DNA of 64,000 nucleotides from an uncultured Nitrospinota bacterium (GTDB taxonomy: Bacteria; Tectomicrobia; Entotheonellia; J063; CAVPRW01): NCBI GenBank assembly GCA_963707985.1, contig CAVPRW010000010.1:192001-256000 (forward strand), written 5' to 3'. Made by a program: the position numbers and the translations under genes. The first letter of the stretch is position 1. Every line of letters begins with the position of its first letter. The notes beneath the pieces are model-generated. The model did no database searches. It saw only the letters and a list, made by a program, of their open reading frames with translations, and was not told where the DNA came from. Below, one piece after another: positions 56,133-64,000 of this stretch.

Positions 56133-56726
56133 TCAAGCAGAGGGAGAGGCCGGTGGTGCGACCCCCAATAAAGCAGCTAAATTGATGACGAGGCTGGGAA
56201 AGAGTTGCGGCCGGAATTCCTCTCCCGCTGCGACGCTCGCCATGCGAAGATAGCCCTGTGGGGTGGCGTGATATTCCTCGATGGCTAGGGTATTCGAATC
56301 AATGATCCAGTACCAGGTCACACTGTTGGCATAGTAGACCCGAAATTTATGCACTCGATCGCGCGCTGGCATACTGGAGGTCACTTCGACAACCAAGTCG
56401 GGGGAGCCGTGGATTTTGCGGTCTGTTGGATTCAGCAAGGGCAGATGCTCTGTGGCAAGATAGGCGAGATCGGGGATGTAGCCACGTCCATCAGGCAGAA
56501 ATACATCTACTTCCATGACAACTCTCCCCAACTGGTGCTGTCGTACAAACTGCCGGAGTAGATGCGAGAGCTCACTGACGATATCCTGATGTTCGGGTGT
56601 GGGCAAGGCAACCAAGATCAATTCTCCTTCCTCGTACTCGTAATACGGCGGTCCTTCGGGGAGAGCACGAAACTCTTCCATGGTCATCTGCTGCATACCT
56701 GTCGTGGCCATTGACTCGTCCTCCAA
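56133..56726 (-). CDS. Uma2-family (DUF820) endonuclease
   Basis: PD..PDLVVEV.S..D...K...Y....V..YWIID. Confidence 0.92.
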   Translation of the reverse strand: MEDESMATTGMQQMTMEEFRALPEGPPYYEYEEGELILVALPTPEHQDIVSELSHLLRQFVRQHQLGRVVMEVDVFLPDGRGYIPDLAYLATEHLPLLNPTDRKIHGSPDLVVEVTSSMPARDRVHKFRVYYANSVTWYWIIDSNTLAIEEYHATPQGYLRMASVAAGEEFRPQLFPSLVINLAALLGVAPPASPSA

Positions 56727-56734
56727 AAAATTTG

Positions 56735-57925
56735 CTATATCTGCGGATCGGAGATCAGATCACCGGTCGCAAAGCGTCCCAGGCGGTAGGGCGTGGCATC
56801 TAAAGTCTCATAGCGCCCTAGGCGGATCGCTTCCGAGAGTACTTTGCCGCTGGCCGGAGCTAGCATGACCCCATGTCCGCTGAAGCCTGTTGCCATATAG
56901 AGCCCTGGAAGCTCAGGGTGCGGCCCGAGAATGGGATTTTCATCGGGCGTCACGGCATAGTGGCCGGCCCAGCCGCGTTGTAACTGCACGTCGCCACTGC
57001 CTGGGAGCCGTCGTCGCAGGGTGGGTAAAATATGTGATTCAAACTGCGCCGCTTCCCAGTCGAAGTTGAAGCCTGGTGGCTCATCACGGATGATGTAGGA
57101 CAGGAGCAGGTGATTCTCGGTTTCGGTATCATGGCGAAAATGCACATCGCTGCGATCGATGACCATCGGCAGCTTATAGCCGAGTGCCTTTGGCAGCGTT
57201 ACATAACACGCTTGACGCCGCACCGGCTGCACTGGCAAGCTGATTCCGGCTAACCCGGCGACATGCTGAGCCCAGGCTCCCGATACGATCACCAACGCCT
57301 GGGTGGAGATCTCTCCGCTATCGCGTGTCTGCACCGCGAACGTTTGTCCAGTGGCCGGTGTGAAGCCGATCACCTCGTCCTGAAGCCAGGTGCAGTTCAG
57401 TTCCCGCGAGCGCTCAACAAACCCCTGCAATGCCCCACGCGGGTTGAGGTAGCCGTCACGCTGGCTGAACAGGGCATAGGATACATCCCCGACGTACAGG
57501 TCTGGGAATAACTCATGAACCTGCCCTGGCGGCAGCATCTCGACTTCCACCCCCAGTTGGCGCTGCACTTCATAGCGGCGGAACCAGGCGTCCCGGTTCT
57601 GGTCGTCCAGCAATAGCAAATAGCCGCGCTGGTGAAAATGTGCTTGCGCTCGTCCCCATGCTCCTGACATCACCGCATCGAAACGCTCGTAGAATTGCAG
57701 GCTATAGCGCGCTAGCTGAATGTTACAGGGAACGCCATACAGTTGTCGGACGCCGCCCAGGCTCATAGGGGTGGCGGCGCGGGCATAGGTGGTGTCGCGC
57801 TCAATGACCAGAATGCGGCCGGTGAAGCCATCCTGACGCAAGTGGTACGCGATGCTAGCCCCAATAATGCCGCCGCCGATCAACACCACATCTGCTGTTT
57901 GCACCATGGATGACGGTCTCCTCAA
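56735..57925 (-). CDS. FAD-dependent oxidoreductase (DAO/sarcosine oxidase family)
   Basis: IGGGIIG; WAG.Y..TPD..P; GFSGHG.M.AP. Confidence 0.92.
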   Translation of the reverse strand: MRRPSSMVQTADVVLIGGGIIGASIAYHLRQDGFTGRILVIERDTTYARAATPMSLGGVRQLYGVPCNIQLARYSLQFYERFDAVMSGAWGRAQAHFHQRGYLLLLDDQNRDAWFRRYEVQRQLGVEVEMLPPGQVHELFPDLYVGDVSYALFSQRDGYLNPRGALQGFVERSRELNCTWLQDEVIGFTPATGQTFAVQTRDSGEISTQALVIVSGAWAQHVAGLAGISLPVQPVRRQACYVTLPKALGYKLPMVIDRSDVHFRHDTETENHLLLSYIIRDEPPGFNFDWEAAQFESHILPTLRRRLPGSGDVQLQRGWAGHYAVTPDENPILGPHPELPGLYMATGFSGHGVMLAPASGKVLSEAIRLGRYETLDATPYRLGRFATGDLISDPQI

Positions 57926-58014
57926 TAGTCCACGTCTCCTTTCCCTGCCGACAGCCTCCGAGACTCAGCTATGGCTGGGGAGAACAAGAGAGAGCTGGAG
58001 AGTGCGACATTATA

Positions 58015-58977
58015 TCATGGATGCCGGACTGGCAATGGGGACGATGGCATGCAGGGTATAGAGCGGGCGTAGGCATGGAGGAAGGGCCCTTCCTGAGCCG
58101 CGAGTTGGCCAATGAAACGCTCTTCCGCCTGGACATTGAAATCCTTGGCGAGGGTTGCAGCGTTGGACATCTGGGTGCGGTAGAAGCCCCAGGCAAAGAA
58201 CGCACCGATGCCAGCGGCGCCTTCCAGTCCGGCTCCGACGCCCCCGATGGTGCCCGCGATGAGCGCGCCATGGAGCCCCAGCCCGATCAAGCCGTCGAGT
58301 GTATGGCCGGTATAGATTTGTCCGGTGCCGGGGAGTATCGTGGAGAGCATCCTGGCGACGGAGGGAGATCGATGCGGTAGTTCGGGAGGGATGACCAATG
58401 CGGCGGCCAAGCGTTCGCCGGATGCATGGTAAGGGCTGGCAGCGTCCACCTGTGCAAAGGCGTCGCGCGCCTCAGTCCATCGCCGTTGCCGCACGTAACT
58501 CCAGCCCATCAGGTAGGCGGCGCGCTGTGCGATGAGGCTTCCGGGGTACTGGCGCCTCAGCTCGTGGAACAGGCGAATGGCCTCCATTCGATCGCCCCCG
58601 CGGGCATGTGTCTCCGCCATCCACAGAGTGGCTTCTGCCCGCATCGCATCATCTGGCACCGTCTGCGCGATCCGGCGGAACACCTCAAATGCCTGCAGCC
58701 AACGCTCCCCGCAGAAAAATGCTAGGCCAATCGCCAGTTGGGCCTCCAGAGCCAACGGATGTTCCGGTTGAAAAAAGAGGAAGCGCTGGAACTCACCGAT
58801 GGCGCGATAATATTCCCCGGCGGCGAAGAGCGAGTGGGCAAACGCAAAGACCGGTGGCCGGGGAACAGTTGAGGTCGGGTGGGATAGAACGCGTGGTAAG
58901 GCGGGAACCAGCGCAGTGGGGAAGCTTAACCACAGCCCCCACAGACAGCAGAAGACGAGCCGCAACATATGCCCCAC
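58015..58977 (-). CDS. TPR (BamD-like) protein with a C-terminal membrane motif
   Basis: Signal peptide, TPR repeats, SP..A..LS.ILPG.GQ.Y.G. Confidence 0.8.
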   Translation of the reverse strand: MGHMLRLVFCCLWGLWLSFPTALVPALPRVLSHPTSTVPRPPVFAFAHSLFAAGEYYRAIGEFQRFLFFQPEHPLALEAQLAIGLAFFCGERWLQAFEVFRRIAQTVPDDAMRAEATLWMAETHARGGDRMEAIRLFHELRRQYPGSLIAQRAAYLMGWSYVRQRRWTEARDAFAQVDAASPYHASGERLAAALVIPPELPHRSPSVARMLSTILPGTGQIYTGHTLDGLIGLGLHGALIAGTIGGVGAGLEGAAGIGAFFAWGFYRTQMSNAATLAKDFNVQAEERFIGQLAAQEGPFLHAYARSIPCMPSSPLPVRHP

Positions 58978-58986
58978 GCCAGCTCC

Positions 58987-59424
58987 TCAGTCAGCGTCCT
59001 GGGCCCACCAGAAATCGTTGGCTTCAACCGGGTCGTAGGAACGCTGGATGCCATATTTGACGATGTGGGGGGCGCGCTGCTGCTCATCCCATTCGTGCAA
59101 CAAGCGGTCGGTCGTCATCATGATGCCGATCAGCATACCGTGCTTAGCGACGGCTTGGCCGAGAAACCCTGAAGCCGTCGGATACATTACCGAGCGGGGT
59201 CCATCGGCCCTGGTCAGCACCTGGTGCCAGGCCGTCAGCGCACCACGGACAGCCAGCCCCGGCACAGAGGTCTCGGGCTCGTTTGCACGCATAGCCTCTA
59301 CCGTGGGCCGAGGCCATGGGCCGCGGAGCTTATCGGTGGCTGCTGCCAGGCCCACCAGGCCGCATGTTACCAGCACAGTGACCCAGATTGACACGACCCA
59401 AGCTGGCTTGGCGTTCTTCGGCAT
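58987..59424 (-). CDS. YidD/haemolytic-domain-like protein with a signal peptide
   Basis: DGPRS.MYPT.S.F..QAV.KHG...G...T.DRL..DPV. Confidence 0.7.
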   Translation of the reverse strand: MPKNAKPAWVVSIWVTVLVTCGLVGLAAATDKLRGPWPRPTVEAMRANEPETSVPGLAVRGALTAWHQVLTRADGPRSVMYPTASGFLGQAVAKHGMLIGIMMTTDRLLHEWDEQQRAPHIVKYGIQRSYDPVEANDFWWAQDAD

Positions 59425-59489
59425 GCGTCATCGACTCCGGCTCGCGCCTACCCGCCGCCACTCCGACGGGAAAGGGACTACCGCTTTTG

Positions 59490-61553
59490 CTACTTGAGCA
59501 ACTCCGCCAGAGCCACGGGAGTTGTGGTCGGCATGGAGCAGGCGAAATTGTGGCAGACGTAGGCGGTAGCCTTCCCCTCCACTTGCGTCATCTCGTCTAC
59601 GGGCAAATGTGCGAAGGCGTCGGCAGGGCCTCCCGTGGGATCGATCGCCAGCAGGATCTTATTGGGCAGATACGATTCGTGCACCAGACGCAGCAACGAC
59701 TGTGTATCGGCCTGATTGCCGCGACCGATGATGACGATTTCCTTGGGGGTCTCCAGGTAGAAGTCCAGGGCGCAGAGCATCTGGCCGAAACTGAACGGTT
59801 CGTCTTCCATCCTATCACGGAACAGACGCAAGGTCTGCTCTCCCTTCTGGAGCAACTCTTCTTCGCCGGTGTAATAATACAACCGCAAGAGGTTGAGAGT
59901 CGCGACCGAATTTCCACCGGGGACGGCATGATCGAAGGGGTCTTTGGGGCGATGGATGAGCGCTTCATGGTCAGGCCCGGTCAGGAAAAATCCGCCCTGC
60001 ACCTCATCCCAGAAATTGGCCAGCGTGGCGCGATTGAACTCCTCAGCCAGCGTCAAGAACCGTTGTTCACCGGTCGACTCGAAGGCGTCAAGCAGACAGG
60101 CAACAAAGCAGGCATGATCGTCAAGGTAGCCAGCCAGCTTGGCCTGCCCATCCTTGAAGCTATGGAGCAGACGGCCATCGCGCACCAGATGCGACAGCAG
60201 GAACTCGATCGACCGCACGGCATCCTGCTTCACCTGGTCATCTTCAAGCAGGTTGGCGGCATCGAAAAAGGCCGAGATCATCAACCCATTCCAGGCCACG
60301 ATCACCTTTTCATCCCGAAATGGCTTGATTCGTTCCTCGCGCGCGCTGAAGAGCCGCTGACGGGCCTCGTCGAGCAGGCGCTCGACGGCGGCTGCTTTCT
60401 CACCGAATTCCTGCGCCACCCAATCGGCTGCTACAGCACGATGCAGAATGCTCTTGCCATGCTCGAAATTGCCCTGTTCATCCACGCCATAGGCTCGACA
60501 AAAGACCTCGCCGATCTCAGGCCCGACCACCGCCGCGACCTCTTCCGGGGTCCAGACGAAAAACTTCCCCTCCTCCCCCTCACTGTCGGCATCCTGAGTG
60601 GCGTAGAAGCCTCCCGCGGACTGGAGCATCTCGCGCTGGACGTACCCCACGGTTTCCTGCACCACGCGCCGGTAGAATGGATTCTTGGTGATACGGTATG
60701 CATCAGCGTACAGGCGAATGAGCTGGGCATTGTCGTACAACATTTTCTCGAAATGTGGGACCAACCAGTGGGCATCGACTGAGTAGCGATGGAATCCGCC
60801 GCCGAGTTGATCGTAAATTCCCCCTTGTGCCATCTTCTCCAGGCCTAACAAGGCCATGCGCAGGTAGGGCTCGTTCCCTGTCGCCCGCCAATAGCGTAGG
60901 AATACTGCCAGGAGCATGGGGTTGGGGAATTTGGGTTGCGTGCCGAAGCCACCATAGGTTTCATCGAAGGAATTGTTCAGTTTGCGCGCCGCGTTCTCGA
61001 TGACGGTCTTACCGAGGGGAAGGGCAGACGCACGGAACGTCGACAATCCGTCGAGTCCCTGCAACACCCGCTCCGTCGTCTGGCGGATCTCGGCTTTATG
61101 TTCACGATAGTATTGGGCCACCGCCTCGATGACCTTGGGGAACCCTGGACGGCCGAATCGATCATCGGGGGGATAATATGTTCCACCGTAAAAAGGCTCT
61201 CGGTCAGGTGTGAGGAACATCGTCAGCGGCCACCCGCCACCAACTCCAAACATCTGTACGACATACTGGTAGATCTGGTCCAGATCCGGGCGCTCCTCGC
61301 GGTCGACCTTGATATTCACAAAGTTCTGATTCATGAGCTCAGCGATGGGCGCGTTTTCAAACGATTCATGCTCCATGACATGGCACCAATGGCAGGCTGA
61401 ATAGCCGATGCTGAGCAAAATGGGTTTATCCTCTGCTTTGGCTTTCGCCAGGGCTTCTTCACCCCATCCATACCAATTCACCGGATTATGGGCATGTTGG
61501 AGGAGGTACGGGCTGGTCTCATGAATCAGGTGGTTGGTATAGCGATGGTCCAT
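59490..61553 (-). CDS. yyaL: Thioredoxin-domain protein YyaL/DUF255 (SSP411)
   Basis: [41 protein letters not shown]. Confidence 0.95.
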   Translation of the reverse strand: MDHRYTNHLIHETSPYLLQHAHNPVNWYGWGEEALAKAKAEDKPILLSIGYSACHWCHVMEHESFENAPIAELMNQNFVNIKVDREERPDLDQIYQYVVQMFGVGGGWPLTMFLTPDREPFYGGTYYPPDDRFGRPGFPKVIEAVAQYYREHKAEIRQTTERVLQGLDGLSTFRASALPLGKTVIENAARKLNNSFDETYGGFGTQPKFPNPMLLAVFLRYWRATGNEPYLRMALLGLEKMAQGGIYDQLGGGFHRYSVDAHWLVPHFEKMLYDNAQLIRLYADAYRITKNPFYRRVVQETVGYVQREMLQSAGGFYATQDADSEGEEGKFFVWTPEEVAAVVGPEIGEVFCRAYGVDEQGNFEHGKSILHRAVAADWVAQEFGEKAAAVERLLDEARQRLFSAREERIKPFRDEKVIVAWNGLMISAFFDAANLLEDDQVKQDAVRSIEFLLSHLVRDGRLLHSFKDGQAKLAGYLDDHACFVACLLDAFESTGEQRFLTLAEEFNRATLANFWDEVQGGFFLTGPDHEALIHRPKDPFDHAVPGGNSVATLNLLRLYYYTGEEELLQKGEQTLRLFRDRMEDEPFSFGQMLCALDFYLETPKEIVIIGRGNQADTQSLLRLVHESYLPNKILLAIDPTGGPADAFAHLPVDEMTQVEGKATAYVCHNFACSMPTTTPVALAELLK

Positions 61554-61808
61554 TGGCTCGCTCACTTTCCGTCTGTACACGACCTTGGCGATGGGGGGAG
61601 ACGAGCGCAGTAGGAGCCTGCGCCTGTTGTCCTCATACTGTACAGTACCATACTGCCATGAGAACCTCAATCGTCTTTGGAAAATTAGTCATATATTTCA
61701 AAAATATACACGAATCAAAACCAATATGCAGGTGGGATCGGTGGTTGAGATGAAGAGGTGGCCGGAGGCGTGGCTTGGCCATATTTTCCAGACAGCCCGT
61801 GGCTGTGA

Positions 61809-62894
61809 CTATCGGCCTGCCCGAAATCGGTACCGCTCCTGCACATAACTTCCCAGTTCCTGACACCAGAGCGGCACATGGGACAGGGCCAACCCCAGTT
61901 GAAGGGGGAGTCTTGGAAATTCGTTCAAAGGTGCGCCCAGGGCCACTGTTGCGGCGATGGGCATATCCCAGCGTTCACGGGCTTCCCCAAGCATCTGCAG
62001 CGGATGACGCCAATGGCAGGCCATATAGTGTACGACTCTCCTGCGCTCACCGGCTCCGAGGCAGCGATCCCATTGCCGTAAGACGGCTGGGATGAGCCAG
62101 CGGGGTAAGTGGTTGGCGTGATCGGCAACCGGGGTGTTTTCGATATCGGCAGCCAGGAGCTGGTGCGCTAGCCCTAGTGTGCAGGCCACCCAACCGGCGT
62201 GGCGGCTATTCCCTCCCAGGCAACGGTCCCAATCGAAGTCCGGCGGCCGAGATTCCAGCGCCGCGGCGATATCACAGAGCCACAGCGGGCGCCAGGCATT
62301 GTGGCGCAGGAAATGGCGGATTAAGACGACCAGATGGTCCTCGGCGGCCAGGATACGGATATCGACGTCGTTGAGACGAGCGGTTTGTGAGCGTGCGTAG
62401 AGAACGTCGAGACTTTGGCCACACATCCACCTTAGGCCGCGATGCAGGTCCACGGGGCATTCGCCACCATTGCCCTCGTTGAGCACGGTCAGGGCCGCAC
62501 CGTGTTGTTCGGGGCGCACGACGATATCAAGATCGCCAAACGGACGCAGGCCGGACTCCGGATAAAGCCGGGCCACGGCCCAGCCTTTGATCAAGAGCGG
62601 TTCCACCCCGGCGGCGCGCAGCGCGCCGAAAAGCTGTTGCAGCACCTGCTCACGTACGGTTGTGCGAATGGTGTGCAAACGATAGGCTTGCTGCAGGGTG
62701 CGGGCCGCGGCGGATGTCCGCAGACGGCTGTGTCGAACACGGTGCCAACCGAGCGCCCCTCCTCCCGATCGCAGCAGCAGCGGGGTAACCTGTTGTAACT
62801 CGCCCTCGGATGTAGCCAGGGGAGGAGGGTTATGACGCCAAATTCCCCTCAGCAGTGAGGCCAGGACACTACCGGGGGACGTTACTATACTCAT
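61809..62894 (-). CDS. Nucleotidyltransferase family (NTP_transf_5-like)
   Basis: LIKG......YP..GLR.FGDLDI.V; VDLH; WLCDI. Confidence 0.85.
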   Translation of the reverse strand: MSIVTSPGSVLASLLRGIWRHNPPPLATSEGELQQVTPLLLRSGGGALGWHRVRHSRLRTSAAARTLQQAYRLHTIRTTVREQVLQQLFGALRAAGVEPLLIKGWAVARLYPESGLRPFGDLDIVVRPEQHGAALTVLNEGNGGECPVDLHRGLRWMCGQSLDVLYARSQTARLNDVDIRILAAEDHLVVLIRHFLRHNAWRPLWLCDIAAALESRPPDFDWDRCLGGNSRHAGWVACTLGLAHQLLAADIENTPVADHANHLPRWLIPAVLRQWDRCLGAGERRRVVHYMACHWRHPLQMLGEARERWDMPIAATVALGAPLNEFPRLPLQLGLALSHVPLWCQELGSYVQERYRFRAGR

Positions 62895-63720
62895 AGGACT
62901 TCTCCAGATATTTCAGGAGCCGTGGGGCGACTGCGCTGGCCTCGCCACGTCCACCCTTGAGGATGATGGCGTTGGCGGCGACCCGCTGCAGGATAACCAG
63001 AACATCGGCGGGTTGGCGGCGCGCCGACACCGTATTCGCCAACAAGGCTAACACCCCGTGCCCAGGGGAGAGACGTCGCGGTCGCCAGCTGGCCCCAGCC
63101 TTGTAATGGCTAACCACTACAAGACCGATGGGCAGGGGCGTGGAGCCCGTACTGCCACTCAGCGTCTCTGCGGGGTGCCGAATCGCCCTCCCTCCGGGAT
63201 CCGCACGCAGGGACAACGGCTTGAGATATGGATGTACTCGTCCCTGCTCATCCAACACGGCATATTCATCCGAATAATAGGTCGCACCGGCAGTTACCAA
63301 GGCTGCGACCAGTGTACTTTTGCCGCTGTGGCTCCGCCCTGGGATGAGGACGGCCTTCCCTCGCCAGCCGACCACACCGGCGTGTACGAACCGCCGACGG
63401 GGTGCGGCTTCAGCCACATGCAGATGGACATGCGCTTCAAGGGCGTCGAAAACCTCCTCAAGATCGAGTGATCGCGCCACACGCAGCGCATTCGCATACA
63501 GTAAGTGGAAACGACGCACTGCCGCCCTTGCTCCAGCTCCCCCTACGACCAACGAATAGAGGATATCCACCTGGGGGGAGGAGGCGGGTTTCCATGCCGG
63601 CGGCAGATAGATTCCAACTCGTTTCAGCACATCGGTCTCGCTCACTCGGATCCCGACGCGCACCCCATAGGCGGTAAAGGCCCGTCCAGCCGCCCAGCCC
63701 AGGCGGTCGATTTTCTCCAT
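62869..63720 (-). CDS. HPr-kinase-like P-loop protein
   Basis: FVHAGVV..G.SHSGKSTL..Y.SDE. Confidence 0.8.
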   Translation of the reverse strand: MEKIDRLGWAAGRAFTAYGVRVGIRVSETDVLKRVGIYLPPAWKPASSPQVDILYSLVVGGAGARAAVRRFHLLYANALRVARSLDLEEVFDALEAHVHLHVAEAAPRRRFVHAGVVGWRGKAVLIPGRSHSGKSTLVAALVTAGATYYSDEYAVLDEQGRVHPYLKPLSLRADPGGRAIRHPAETLSGSTGSTPLPIGLVVVSHYKAGASWRPRRLSPGHGVLALLANTVSARRQPADVLVILQRVAANAIILKGGRGEASAVAPRLLKYLEKSYEYSNVPR

Positions 63721-64000
63721 TCACGTCGACCCAGACTTGAGATAGGGGAGAATCGTTTCGGCCACTGCTCGTCACTCCCATGCGAATGGCATCATGTCCT
63801 GAACCGCGTGCCTGACGACTCCCCATGGTGCAGAGGCGCCGACACACCCATCGCTGATACACGCACCACTGGTACAATAGGGTCAACTGGAGTCACTGAT
63901 CTCGATCCTAACACGGAAGATAAAATTGATCAATAAAATTCATAAATATATGGAGAATAAGCCAATAACTGTACTCATAGTTGCTGACGCAGTTGATTCG

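Noticed and set aside
59388..60782. 464-aa plus-strand ORF
   Set aside because: Antisense shadow of yyaL in GC-rich DNA.

Overview
This is a GC-rich bacterial accessory region with five parts. (1) 1-21 kb, minus strand: an extracellular contractile injection system (eCIS/Afp-PVC-like) operon. It encodes a DUF4255/Pvc16 protein, two sheaths, two gp19 tubes, a LysM tube protein, a split gpD/gpV spike, PAAR, gp25, baseplate J, an NHL-tail-I fusion and four related distal proteins. A sigma54 -24/-12 promoter, two palindromic sites and a GAFTGA-type activator gene lie upstream. (2) 24-35 kb: IS4-like and IS481-like relics and a truncated trans-AT PKS fragment (DH-ACP-KS-ACP-KS-DH-KR). (3) 35-39.5 kb: an SDR, an orphan lptF and a degenerate group II intron. 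(4) 39.6-56 kb: an integrase-less integron cassette array (CALIN) with about 8 attC sites plus a half-site. It carries three toxin-antitoxin cassettes and defence-like genes. One attC is invaded by a group IIC-attC intron, itself hit by ISL3 and IS701; another holds a MITE; and ISAzo13 splits a Shedu-like gene. (5) 56-64 kb: Uma2, an FAD oxidoreductase, a TPR plus YidD-like pair, YyaL, and a nucleotidyltransferase plus HPr-kinase-like pair. The most striking observation is that six mobile elements carry dense A->C / T->G substitutions, while neighbouring broken host genes apparently do not. This hints at mobile-element-targeted (RIP-like) hypermutation. Many single-base frameshifts probably reflect assembly error. 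Family assignments are from motif recognition only; no searches were run.
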